Shown piece by piece: positions 8,284 to 16,241 of a DNA stretch of 28,595 nucleotides; position 1 is the first letter of the stretch; each line of letters opens with the position of its first letter. Position numbers and translations under genes: made by a program. Source of the DNA: a virus; IMG/VR virus record IMGVR_UViG_3300035210_000132, positions 1-28,595 of that record. The stretch is one strand, 5' to 3'. The notes below the pieces were generated by a model. That model was given only the letters and a program-made list of their open reading frames with translations, was not told the origin of the DNA and made no database searches.

Positions 8284-9644
8284 TAGACATTCCCCACCCC
8301 TGAGAACCGATCCGATGCCATGCGCGCCAGAATCAGCTTGTTGTGCTTGGGCAGGCTCTCGAAGACCGTCTTGGGCTTCTTCTGAAACTCATCAGCGAAC
8401 TTCTCTCCAAACGCCTTGGCTACTAACTCGTGATCGTTCAAGGCCAGGTCGTTGAGATCGCCCTCACAGATCCTCGTTCCCCCTTCGTTATAGCGCCAGT
8501 CATCCGCCGCCACCTTCTCTAAAGAAGGACCAAACGTCGAGTACCAGGGGTCAGCTACTTGAGCATCCCAGTTCCAGCGCAGACCCGTCATAGTGTCAAA
8601 CTCTGCCAAGGTATCTGCGAAAGTATCAGGAGAGACTTGGGCTCTCTTCTCCAGCAGAAGATCCAAAAGAGGCTGATGCTCTTCGTGCACATAACCACGA
8701 CGGGCTTCTACATAGGAGTCAACATCAGAGGCGTAGGTGTTGGACCCGTAGCGTTGGATCTCGACTGGGACATCGAGACCCATCTCCTCCATACGTGATG
8801 CCAGCTTCACACAGTACTCGTGGCGATCCTTATGTGGAAGGGCACGCCAGTTGTTCTCGAAGTAGGCCGAAGCTGTCTTGACCTGATCGTAGCCATCCAC
8901 GGGGTACTGACCCTCGAGCAGAGTCTGGTGTGGCTGGACGATCTCGCCAGCGACGGCCTGGCTTGGATCCCAGTTGCTCATATCTACATAGGGAGACTCG
9001 CGCCAAGACTTCTGCTTGGTCACGATCTGTACTCCTTCTGGAGCAGCAGTTTTCACCTTCTCCTTTTGGGGGAAGGCAGGAAGCTCCATGAAGTTGTTGC
9101 CTGGAGAGCCTTCCATGTTGGTGCGCTGATCCACATCAGCGTTGGCCCCATCATGTTTGCCTAGGATAGGATTCTCCACCGTGCTCTGAGGACTAGTCTT
9201 GTTGTGGAACTGGAGCTGCGCGACCTTCGTGGTTCTGGCCGAGTAGCGCTGGGTCCGTGCCGAGACCGGAGACTGTCCCTGCTCCGCTGCGACCTTGAGC
9301 TGCTCAGGAATCTCGATCTCCCAAGCCGAGCATGCTGCCATGAGGTTGCGAGCAGCGGTCTTGACTGCGATGGGAGGGAGAAGATGAGCCTGCTTGAGCA
9401 AGTACAGCACTGACAGGGCTGTGTTGCCTTTGTCGGTCATCGCGTACTTCTTGAGCTTGGTGCCTTCGTCTACCAGCACCAAAGCAAATTGAGTATCCGG
9501 GATGTGATCTCTCTGGCTCTCGGAAAGATGATTAGCGACTTTCACGAAGTCGGGAAGGTTTTCTGCAGACGGGGCAACCGAGCGGAGGACCCGCCCATCG
9601 ACATCATCGTAGACATCGAAAATGTAACCGGTAAGACGGGGCAT
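8283..9644 (-). CDS. Hypothetical protein (453 aa), first gene of the minus-strand operon
   Basis: Long ORF. AAGGAG SD sits 6 nt upstream of ATG at 9644. I recognise no motif. It lies adjacent to the divergent intergenic region. Confidence 0.55.
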   Translation of the reverse strand: MPRLTGYIFDVYDDVDGRVLRSVAPSAENLPDFVKVANHLSESQRDHIPDTQFALVLVDEGTKLKKYAMTDKGNTALSVLYLLKQAHLLPPIAVKTAARNLMAACSAWEIEIPEQLKVAAEQGQSPVSARTQRYSARTTKVAQLQFHNKTSPQSTVENPILGKHDGANADVDQRTNMEGSPGNNFMELPAFPQKEKVKTAAPEGVQIVTKQKSWRESPYVDMSNWDPSQAVAGEIVQPHQTLLEGQYPVDGYDQVKTASAYFENNWRALPHKDRHEYCVKLASRMEEMGLDVPVEIQRYGSNTYASDVDSYVEARRGYVHEEHQPLLDLLLEKRAQVSPDTFADTLAEFDTMTGLRWNWDAQVADPWYSTFGPSLEKVAADDWRYNEGGTRICEGDLNDLALNDHELVAKAFGEKFADEFQKKPKTVFESLPKHNKLILARMASDRFSGVGNV

Positions 9645-9777
9645 CTACCGCTCCTTGGTGAAGGACTTCTTCGCGCCAGTCTAGGCGGTGTCCTGGTCCT
9701 ATGGCAAGCAATTCCTCCCCATAAGTGGGGATAAGCCCTGTAGCTACGGCAGTTTTCTCTCAAAGAGAGGAGTGGGT
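9645..9777. promoter_or_regulatory. Divergent intergenic control region between the minus- and plus-strand operons
   Basis: This is the only substantial non-coding gap (133 nt), flanked by divergently oriented first genes that both have strong SDs. Contains a small hairpin CCCCAtaagTGGGG (9717-9730). I could not identify a convincing sigma70 -35/-10 pair. Confidence 0.4.
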
Positions 9778-10425
9778 ATGACGTATCCAAACAGCAAGCC
9801 TCCTGGCTCCCCTTGGTGCTGGGGACCTGCAGCCAAGTACCAAGACGGAGACAAGGAGTGCATGCAGTGTGCATTCCGGGACAGCTGTCGCCAGGTCGTG
9901 ATGTCTTACCTGACAGCCCCAAAACCCCCTACACCGCCTCCTTTACCTCTTGCTCCCGTACCGAAACCCGTCCCGAGCTACACCGCTCCGGTCTCTCCGG
10001 TGTACACTCCCCCGCCTGTATCGCCTCTGCAGAGTCCATCTCTTTACCGTCCCAACCCTCAGACACCGAGTAGTCCTTACGCCATCACCCCAGCACCACC
10101 AACTGTACCTCAACCGTACCAGCCCGTTCCCGCCCCTCCAGTTTATCCCTACCAACAGCCTCCCCCGAGCCCGACCTACCAATATCAACAACCAGCTCCG
10201 CAAATGGGGTTTCCTATACTAGACTACCAGAACCCCAACCCCTTCGCGGCCATGTACCGACCCGGGGTGCAGCAGCCTCCCTATTATTTTGCTCTGCATC
10301 CCGGGGAGACCATCAAAGAACGGTTGGCGAAGAACATTACCCTCAGGATGGCTGAGTCGGCGTTCTTCGAGTTGGGGACCTTCTTCCGGCACTGGACCTG
10401 GCCTCCCAAACCAGAGAAAAAGTAG
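9778..10425 (+). CDS. Proline-rich protein with N-terminal Cys cluster (hypothetical early protein)
   Basis: ORF track starts at 9688. ATG at 9778 is in frame with AGAGAGGAG SD. N-terminus CWG...ECMQCAFRDSC, then a ~110-aa PxxP/PPY-rich low-complexity linker, then a C-terminal globular ~60 aa. Confidence 0.5.
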   Translation: MTYPNSKPPGSPWCWGPAAKYQDGDKECMQCAFRDSCRQVVMSYLTAPKPPTPPPLPLAPVPKPVPSYTAPVSPVYTPPPVSPLQSPSLYRPNPQTPSSPYAITPAPPTVPQPYQPVPAPPVYPYQQPPPSPTYQYQQPAPQMGFPILDYQNPNPFAAMYRPGVQQPPYYFALHPGETIKERLAKNITLRMAESAFFELGTFFRHWTWPPKPEKK

Positions 10426-10431
10426 GAGCTG

Positions 10432-11838
10432 ATGCGTACGCTACAACTGATCAAACGCGAACCCGATAAAGCCTACGTGGATGACATGTTGTGGCTACCC
10501 AAAACACTGATCAACCCCGGAGGCATCAAAACAGCCCTGGAGTTCTGGGAGCTCGACAAAGACCCTCCAGTCTTGCGTCGGCTCTGGGATGAAACGCGGG
10601 ATCATCTCATTTGCCCGAGAGAGTTCCTCAAGCCCGAGAACTACCCGCAGTTCTCTTTTCCCTTCGTCGACCTGACGCCTAAAAGCTTCCCCCGTACGGG
10701 GGTCCGCATCAAGAACCCTCCCAGAAACGAGGATCAAGTCAAAGCTGATGCTGCCTTTGCAAAGGCTTCGGCAGGGGTCTTGAACCTAGCGTGTGGCAAG
10801 GGAAAAACCTACCTAGCCCTGAAGAAGATAGCTGACCTAGGCTGTCCTGCTCTCATCGTAGTGCACAACAGCTTCCTCATGAACCAGTGGGTGAATGACG
10901 CCATTCCTACGCATCTGGAACTTCCTCAAGGAGAGAAAGTAGGGATCATCCAAGGAGAGGTGGTTGATTGGAAGCACCCCATCACTGTGGCTATGATCCA
11001 GACTCTAGCCTCGCGAGAAGCTGACGGCAAGCTACCTGCAGAGATGCGAGAGTGGTTTGGCGTAGTCGTGTATGACGAGGTACATCATCTTTCAGCGCCC
11101 GTCTTTGCGACTACTGCTCCGATTGTCTTGGGCCAACGCTACGGTCTGACCGCTACGCATCAGAGAGTAGACGGTCTGGACTTTATCTTCAAGTTCCACC
11201 TAGGGGATGTCTTTTATGTCGACCTGGTCCAGAAGCTGATCCCGAGAGTCTACTTCCAAAAAACCCCGGTAAGCTTCGAGCTAGACATTCCCAAGGTCAG
11301 AGATCGCAAGGGGGAGCTCAGCATTGGCAAATTACGGTCTTACATAGGAAACCTTGAGGAGTCGAACCGCTTCAGGGCTTCCTGCTTGAAGGAGGCCCTG
11401 AAGGAGGGCAGGAAGATCATCGCGGTCTCTCACTCCAAGAACCAGTTGTGCAACCTACACAAAATGTTTCCGGATTCTGGGCTCATCGTCCAAGAGACCC
11501 CCCAAGAAGAGAGACACCGGATCGTAAAACGCAGCAAGGTCACCTTTGCTATTGCGAGTCTTGGGGCCGAAGGGCTAGATGATGATCAGCTAGACACGGT
11601 TTTTATTCTCCTACCCTTTGGCTCGAGAGGGACTCGCCCAAACGATCTGCAGCAGGTCATAGGCAGAGTGCAACGAGAGCTTCCGGGAAGGAAAGCCCCC
11701 GTCGTAGTGATCTTTGATGACGAGCATATCCGGCCCTTGCGCGCCATGTGTCACACGATGAGAAATCAGCTGCGTCACTGGGATAAGTTTGTGCAAGGTA
11801 TGCCTGCCATCCCTTTTCAGAACCTAGCCGTACCGTGA
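10432..11838 (+). CDS. Superfamily II DEAH-type DNA helicase
   Basis: TAGGAG SD. Walker A ACGKGKT, motif Ia ALIVVHNSF, DEVH box VVVYDEVHHL, motif III GLTATHQ, motif VI QQVIGRVQR. Confidence 0.75.
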   Translation: MRTLQLIKREPDKAYVDDMLWLPKTLINPGGIKTALEFWELDKDPPVLRRLWDETRDHLICPREFLKPENYPQFSFPFVDLTPKSFPRTGVRIKNPPRNEDQVKADAAFAKASAGVLNLACGKGKTYLALKKIADLGCPALIVVHNSFLMNQWVNDAIPTHLELPQGEKVGIIQGEVVDWKHPITVAMIQTLASREADGKLPAEMREWFGVVVYDEVHHLSAPVFATTAPIVLGQRYGLTATHQRVDGLDFIFKFHLGDVFYVDLVQKLIPRVYFQKTPVSFELDIPKVRDRKGELSIGKLRSYIGNLEESNRFRASCLKEALKEGRKIIAVSHSKNQLCNLHKMFPDSGLIVQETPQEERHRIVKRSKVTFAIASLGAEGLDDDQLDTVFILLPFGSRGTRPNDLQQVIGRVQRELPGRKAPVVVIFDDEHIRPLRAMCHTMRNQLRHWDKFVQGMPAIPFQNLAVP

Positions 11839-11845
11839 GGTGACG

Positions 11846-12607
11846 ATGGACAAGACCAAGTACTTGAGCGCTTTGCAGGAGAGCTGGTCTTCATGCAAAG
11901 CCTGCCCTCTTCACGAAGAGCGTATCCAGACTGTCTTTGGGTACGGCAACCCCGATGCCCAGGTCATGATCATCGGAGAAGCTCCCGGGGAGAATGAGGA
12001 CCGGGTAGGCATTCCATTCGTAGGGCAAGCTGGGTTGTATCTAGACCAGTTTCTAGCCAACGTCTCTGCGGATCCCACTATCATCGCCATCTGGGAACGC
12101 TTGATGGCCATCAAGGGAGGGAACCAGCAAGCAGAAGAAGCCCGCAACGAGGAGCGTATCAACCTCAGGGAGCAGCTCCTCAACGAGTTCTACATCTGCA
12201 ACGTGGTCATGTGCCGTCCCCCTGAGAATCGCGATCCTTCTCCCAAAGAAGTCGTGGCCTGTAGCACCCGCCTTCATGAGCAGATCTACACCGTCGACCC
12301 GGTGTTGATCTTGGCCATGGGGCGCATCGCGGCTCAGGCCATCATCGGTAAAAAGATCGCTATCACTTCGGCGCGGGGCCAGCTCTTTGACGTCGAATTC
12401 CAGGGCCGTGGTGTTACCTACCGCTACCCGGTCATGGCGCTACTGCACCCTTCTTACCTCCTACGGATCAACGACATCAACACCAAAGGAGGCGAGAACG
12501 CTCGTACCTACAACAGCCTGCTCAAGGCGATGGCGCTTCTCGATCAATTCAATTTGCTCCATCACGGCACACCCCTCCCGCATCGTCCCCAACCCGAGAA
12601 AATCTAA
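11846..12607 (+). CDS. udg: Uracil-DNA glycosylase, family 4 (Fe-S type)
   Basis: CKACPLHE (CxxCxL) N-terminal motif. Motif [17 protein letters not shown] motif. Motif [13 protein letters not shown] track starts at GTG 11840. ATG 11846 follows GAGGTGA and I preferred it. Either start overlaps or abuts the helicase stop at 11838. Confidence 0.7.
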   Translation: MDKTKYLSALQESWSSCKACPLHEERIQTVFGYGNPDAQVMIIGEAPGENEDRVGIPFVGQAGLYLDQFLANVSADPTIIAIWERLMAIKGGNQQAEEARNEERINLREQLLNEFYICNVVMCRPPENRDPSPKEVVACSTRLHEQIYTVDPVLILAMGRIAAQAIIGKKIAITSARGQLFDVEFQGRGVTYRYPVMALLHPSYLLRINDINTKGGENARTYNSLLKAMALLDQFNLLHHGTPLPHRPQPEKI

Positions 12608-12617
12608 GGAGTACCTC

Positions 12618-13124
12618 ATGGCCGACTTCAAGATCTCTGCCGATGCCCAGGCCAAGGTCAACGGCTTCGAGCTAGCCGACCGTGCCTTCAAGACTGCCTG
12701 GGAGAAGTTCGAGCAAGAGCATTTCTCCGACCTCCAGTTCCTCGACAAGCTGAGGGAAGAACGCAATGCCAAGCTCGACTCAGCTCGTCGAGCACTGCGT
12801 AGCGAAGCAGAGGAAGTTGATATCACGCAGGTCAAGTACCTCCGCACCGGTATGTTTTCGGTCGCCAAGAAGTGGCACAAATTCTACATCCCAGAGAAGC
12901 TGGTAGCTCGTCTGGAGGCCAAGGATCTCCTGGACACTGCTTTCAAGGAGAAGATCGTAGCCCAGAAGATCGAAGTCGAGAAGTTCGAGACGGTGCAGGC
13001 CTTCCTGGAGAGGCACCGCATCAAGAAGGACTGCGAGGACTGCGAGGACGGGCAAGAGCTCACTCCCGCTGTTAGCGGCCCTAAACCCATCCCTGCTTTT
13101 GGGACCGAGGCCAAGGACAAGTGA
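12618..13124 (+). CDS. Hypothetical charged helical protein (168 aa)
   Basis: ORF track 12387..13124 overlaps the UDG gene. In-frame ATG at 12618 has AAGGAG SD (12606-12611) 6 nt upstream. No motif recognised. Confidence 0.5.
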   Translation: MADFKISADAQAKVNGFELADRAFKTAWEKFEQEHFSDLQFLDKLREERNAKLDSARRALRSEAEEVDITQVKYLRTGMFSVAKKWHKFYIPEKLVARLEAKDLLDTAFKEKIVAQKIEVEKFETVQAFLERHRIKKDCEDCEDGQELTPAVSGPKPIPAFGTEAKDK

Positions 13125-13128
13125 TCAC

Positions 13129-13278
13129 ATGCTCGTGGCTCGCATTAGCTTCTGCCCCACTTGCGGTGTGAAACTCCCTCACTCTCACTACCTCATCTTG
13201 TCGGACGTCGTAACGTTCGAGTGCTGTGAGGTCACCATGACTCTAGTAGAAAACCCCAAGAGGAAGGCAGATAGGTAA
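13129..13278 (+). CDS. Small zinc-ribbon ORF (49 aa), not in ORF track
   Basis: ATG 13129 to TAA 13276-13278 reads MLVARISFCPTCGVKLPHSHYLILSDVVTFECCEVTMTLVENPKRKADR. It fills an otherwise unexplained 155-nt gap between tightly packed genes. SD is weak (AAGGA 11 nt upstream). Confidence 0.3.
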   Translation: MLVARISFCPTCGVKLPHSHYLILSDVVTFECCEVTMTLVENPKRKADR

Positions 13279-13279
13279 A

Positions 13280-13675
13280 ATGGCTGACTACTACACCAAT
13301 TTCTCAGAAGTGATAGAGGAGCTCAGCTTCGAGGAGATTGATTGGGTGAGGAAGAATCTCAAGACCTACACTCAAGATGAAGAGCATGATGAGTGGATTG
13401 GAGGCTTCCAGAGCATTTTGGAGGGCGACCGAACCCTCTGGATTTACTCCGAAGGAGAGGGTAGCCCTACAGCTGTCTGCGCCTTTGTGCAGGCCTTCCT
13501 CCAAGCCTTTCCCAAGAGACCTCCATTTACCATGCAGTGGTCCCTCGACTGCTCGAGACCGAGCCCGGGTGCCTATGGGGGAGGAGCCGCCGTCGTCACC
13601 AAGGACGAGACCAAGATCATGACGACGCAGCAGTGGATTCAGGACAACCTCCCCGAGGATAAAATCCGTGACTGA
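13280..13675 (+). CDS. Hypothetical protein (131 aa)
   Basis: ORF with acidic N-terminus. SD-like GAGGAAGG upstream. No motif recognised. Confidence 0.5.
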   Translation: MADYYTNFSEVIEELSFEEIDWVRKNLKTYTQDEEHDEWIGGFQSILEGDRTLWIYSEGEGSPTAVCAFVQAFLQAFPKRPPFTMQWSLDCSRPSPGAYGGGAAVVTKDETKIMTTQQWIQDNLPEDKIRD

Positions 13676-13862
13676 CTGCCCAAAATGCAGAGAAGGCCTC
13701 ATGGGCAAACCCCGCTACTGCAATAGTGTTGTCACCTGCGATCATGGGCTCCTGTGGTCTCGCTCGGAGCACTTGGTACGGACCTGCTTGACCTGTGGCT
13801 ACGTCCTGGTTACGGCTTGCGAGGATGCTGTGAAGAAGGAGAAAAAGCATGGCAACGACTAA
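13668..13862 (+). CDS. Small zinc-ribbon protein (64 aa)
   Basis: GTG start in GTGACTGA overlap with the upstream stop. CPKC ... CDH ... CLTC Cys pairs. GAGGAT upstream. Confidence 0.4.
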   Translation: MTDCPKCREGLMGKPRYCNSVVTCDHGLLWSRSEHLVRTCLTCGYVLVTACEDAVKKEKKHGND

Positions 13863-14490
13863 AGTAGATCCTGAGATCCTCAAGAAACATGAGCCCAGTA
13901 CCTACCTGATTCAGCGCCTGCAGATACCGTTCAAGGAAGAGGGGCGGGCCTTTACGAAGTCGGGCGTGCCTGTAGATGAGATCTTCAGCTTTGGAGGAGG
14001 AGGGTCGGGTCTCAAGCCTGAAGCCTGGAAGATCTTGGCGCCACTCTGGAGGTTCGACTACATGGGAGCAGCCGAATTCGAGTTCGGTGCCTTCCCCAGA
14101 TCGTTTGGGCCTTTCATGCAGTCCGATCCCAAGACCTACTCGTTCACCATCAAGGCAACTGACTACGGAGATGGGTACGCGCGAGCCTACCGCAAGAAGA
14201 ACGCACCCAAGCTGCCTGACAAGATCGATCGGGACATCTTCCTCATCTGCACTCCCGAGCTTCGTGACTACGCTGAGGCGGTCATTCGCGACCTCGCCAG
14301 TAAGAATCCCAAGACCAGGCTCAAAGAAGCCACTCGCCTTCTGGAAGCGCTGGATCCCGTAGAGACCACCTACCCCTCGGACGTGGTGGGCTGGTACGAG
14401 CTGGACAATGGCTTCCTGTTCTTCACCGACAGGGAGATGTTCGACCGAGTCGTCACGGCTCTTGACCTGACCCCCGGAGAGTCACCGTGA
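13849..14490 (+). CDS. Hypothetical protein (213 aa)
   Basis: AAGGAG SD 8 nt upstream of ATG 13849. Overlaps the previous gene by 14 nt. No motif recognised (FSFGGGGSGL glycine loop only). Confidence 0.5.
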   Translation: MATTKVDPEILKKHEPSTYLIQRLQIPFKEEGRAFTKSGVPVDEIFSFGGGGSGLKPEAWKILAPLWRFDYMGAAEFEFGAFPRSFGPFMQSDPKTYSFTIKATDYGDGYARAYRKKNAPKLPDKIDRDIFLICTPELRDYAEAVIRDLASKNPKTRLKEATRLLEALDPVETTYPSDVVGWYELDNGFLFFTDREMFDRVVTALDLTPGESP

Positions 14491-14783
14491 GCGATGACAA
14501 GAAAGCCATTCAAGACACAGTACTCGAGGCCATCACCAACGGAGCCTACACCCGGGACAAGATCGCCAAGGTGGTGAGGATGAAACTGGGCCTGAAGGAT
14601 GATGCATGGCTGGGCCTGGATCGGGTTCTCCGCAAGCTTCGGGCGGCAAAGCTCATCTCGTTCCAAGAGAGTCGCTGGGTGGTCGGGGAGGTCAGGACCT
14701 GCCCAACCTGTGACGGACTGGGAAAGGTGAGAGAAATAAAGAAGGAGACCCCTTTCGAGCCTCCCAAAGATGCAGTAGAGTAG
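14487..14783 (+). CDS. Hypothetical protein with C-terminal CPTC zinc knuckle (98 aa)
   Basis: GTG start overlapping upstream TGA (GTGA). GGAGAG sits 7 nt upstream. Confidence 0.45.
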   Translation: MSDDKKAIQDTVLEAITNGAYTRDKIAKVVRMKLGLKDDAWLGLDRVLRKLRAAKLISFQESRWVVGEVRTCPTCDGLGKVREIKKETPFEPPKDAVE

Positions 14784-14806
14784 CCTGACTTTCAGGAGAA
14801 GAACCC

Positions 14807-15106
14807 ATGGCCAAGATCGACGATGTCATCGACCAGATCTCGAACTGCTACAAGAATCCTAGTGTCAGCATCTCCACGGTACTGATCGAAGACCAGTACA
14901 TGGAGCAGATTCAGGTCAGGCGTAAAGGACAGAACGAGCAGCACAAGATGTTCGTGCTGTCCGTGGGAGAGACTGGGACGTCACCAGCTCAGTTCTACGG
15001 GTATCGGATCTCGGACTGTATCAAGAAGGCTCTGGCATGGAGAGGCATGCCGACCAAGACCAAGCGGGGGCCTAGAAAGAACGTCCCGGCTCAAGCGCAA
15101 GGCTAG
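14807..15106 (+). CDS. Hypothetical protein (99 aa)
   Basis: GGAGAAG SD upstream of ATG 14807. Basic C-terminus. Confidence 0.5.
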   Translation: MAKIDDVIDQISNCYKNPSVSISTVLIEDQYMEQIQVRRKGQNEQHKMFVLSVGETGTSPAQFYGYRISDCIKKALAWRGMPTKTKRGPRKNVPAQAQG

Positions 15107-15109
15107 CGC

Positions 15110-15463
15110 ATGCTAGCCACCCTTACCAAGCAATCGATCCACGTTCACGTCATCGAGAACAAGAAGCCCGTCAGTCATGACGTGTACGAAGGGGAGGTGA
15201 TCATGTCTCAGCAGCAACAGGATTACTACAAGCAACTCATCGGGGATGGCAAGGCCTCGGTAACAACTAGCCGAGAGATCTCCGAGTCGAGCTTCGGCAG
15301 TGGTGGCAAGGTCTTCGTCTCCGTGACCTTGATCTGTGATCAGTCTATGCAGGGGGTGGCCTCGGCGATCGAGCATGCGCGCAGCATGGCCGAGGCCAAG
15401 GCCTGGGAGCACCACGCAGCCTTGAGGGATCAGCTAATCCAGAGAGGCATCCTCAAACCATGA
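15110..15463 (+). CDS. Hypothetical protein (117 aa)
   Basis: ORF immediately after the previous stop. ATGA overlap with the next gene at 15460. Confidence 0.45.
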   Translation: MLATLTKQSIHVHVIENKKPVSHDVYEGEVIMSQQQQDYYKQLIGDGKASVTTSREISESSFGSGGKVFVSVTLICDQSMQGVASAIEHARSMAEAKAWEHHAALRDQLIQRGILKP

Positions 15464-15750
15464 AGGTCTCTGCTGCTCCCTGTAAGATCAAAGCTATCCT
15501 TCTAGGGGAGGCAGCGCTCAACCTCATACGAGTAGGGCAGACTCCCCTCAAGGCCAAGTTTGCCCTCCTCGATTCCGAGGGCAACTCCTGCGGGTCTTTC
15601 GAGAAGTCCGACGGCTGGTCGGACGCAGCTCTCGAAGCGTTGTCCAGGTTCGCCGAGGTGCTCGAGACCGAAGCCCTTGGGGTGGTGTTCGAGGCCTCCG
15701 AAGTAGCTGAAGCCACGGGGCAAGACTCGGATGGGCCCCCGCAGTTCTGA
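15460..15750 (+). CDS. Hypothetical acidic protein (96 aa)
   Basis: ATGA-coupled start. Acidic C-terminal half. Confidence 0.45.
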   Translation: MKVSAAPCKIKAILLGEAALNLIRVGQTPLKAKFALLDSEGNSCGSFEKSDGWSDAALEALSRFAEVLETEALGVVFEASEVAEATGQDSDGPPQF

Positions 15751-15827
15751 CCTCCGCCAAGCAAGTTGTTGCCACCGTCACTCCCTCTGAGGTAGAACGA
15801 GGGGAAGTTCCTGAGAGGGGCTTCCCC

Positions 15828-16193
15828 ATGTCTAACTATGAGAAGCCTCAGAAGGGTTCGGTTCCTGGCAAACCCTACCCGCCCTCGGGCATAAGCCCAG
15901 AGCTCGTACAGCAACTTCGATCTCGAATCTCCGAGCTAGAGAAGTCTCTGCAAAAACAGATGGCAGAGGCCGATCAATGGAACTCCGAAGTGAGGGGATG
16001 GGTAGGAAGAATCATATCCATCCTCCTCACTTCTGGAGTACGTGTGACGGGGACACTGGTGAAAGTAACCCGCTACACGATGCTAGTAGAGGGCCCGGTT
16101 CCAGGGACGAGTCACACCAACAAGCCGATGGTTGTTCCCAAAGGAGCTGTCGACTTGGTGTATCCCGAAGACGAAGCAGCAGCTGCTATCTAG
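15828..16193 (+). CDS. Hypothetical protein with coiled-coil N-terminus and possible Sm-like beta region
   Basis: ATG 15828 directly follows the hairpin GGGGAAG(15801-15807)/CTTCCCC(15821-15827). The C-terminal VRVTGTLVKVTRYTMLVEG...VVPKGAVDLV loosely resembles Sm1/Sm2 segments of Hfq-like proteins. This is speculative. Confidence 0.45.
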   Translation: MSNYEKPQKGSVPGKPYPPSGISPELVQQLRSRISELEKSLQKQMAEADQWNSEVRGWVGRIISILLTSGVRVTGTLVKVTRYTMLVEGPVPGTSHTNKPMVVPKGAVDLVYPEDEAAAAI

Positions 16194-16241
16194 ATAGAGT
16201 CTTACCCGTGTTCCAGCGGGGTTGCTAGAGGAGGTCATCCG

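Noticed and set aside
12387-12617. Long 5' extension of ORF 12387..13124 overlapping the UDG gene
   Set aside because: The in-frame ATG at 12618 has a canonical AAGGAG SD and sits right after the UDG stop. The extension would overlap 220 nt of a motif-supported gene.
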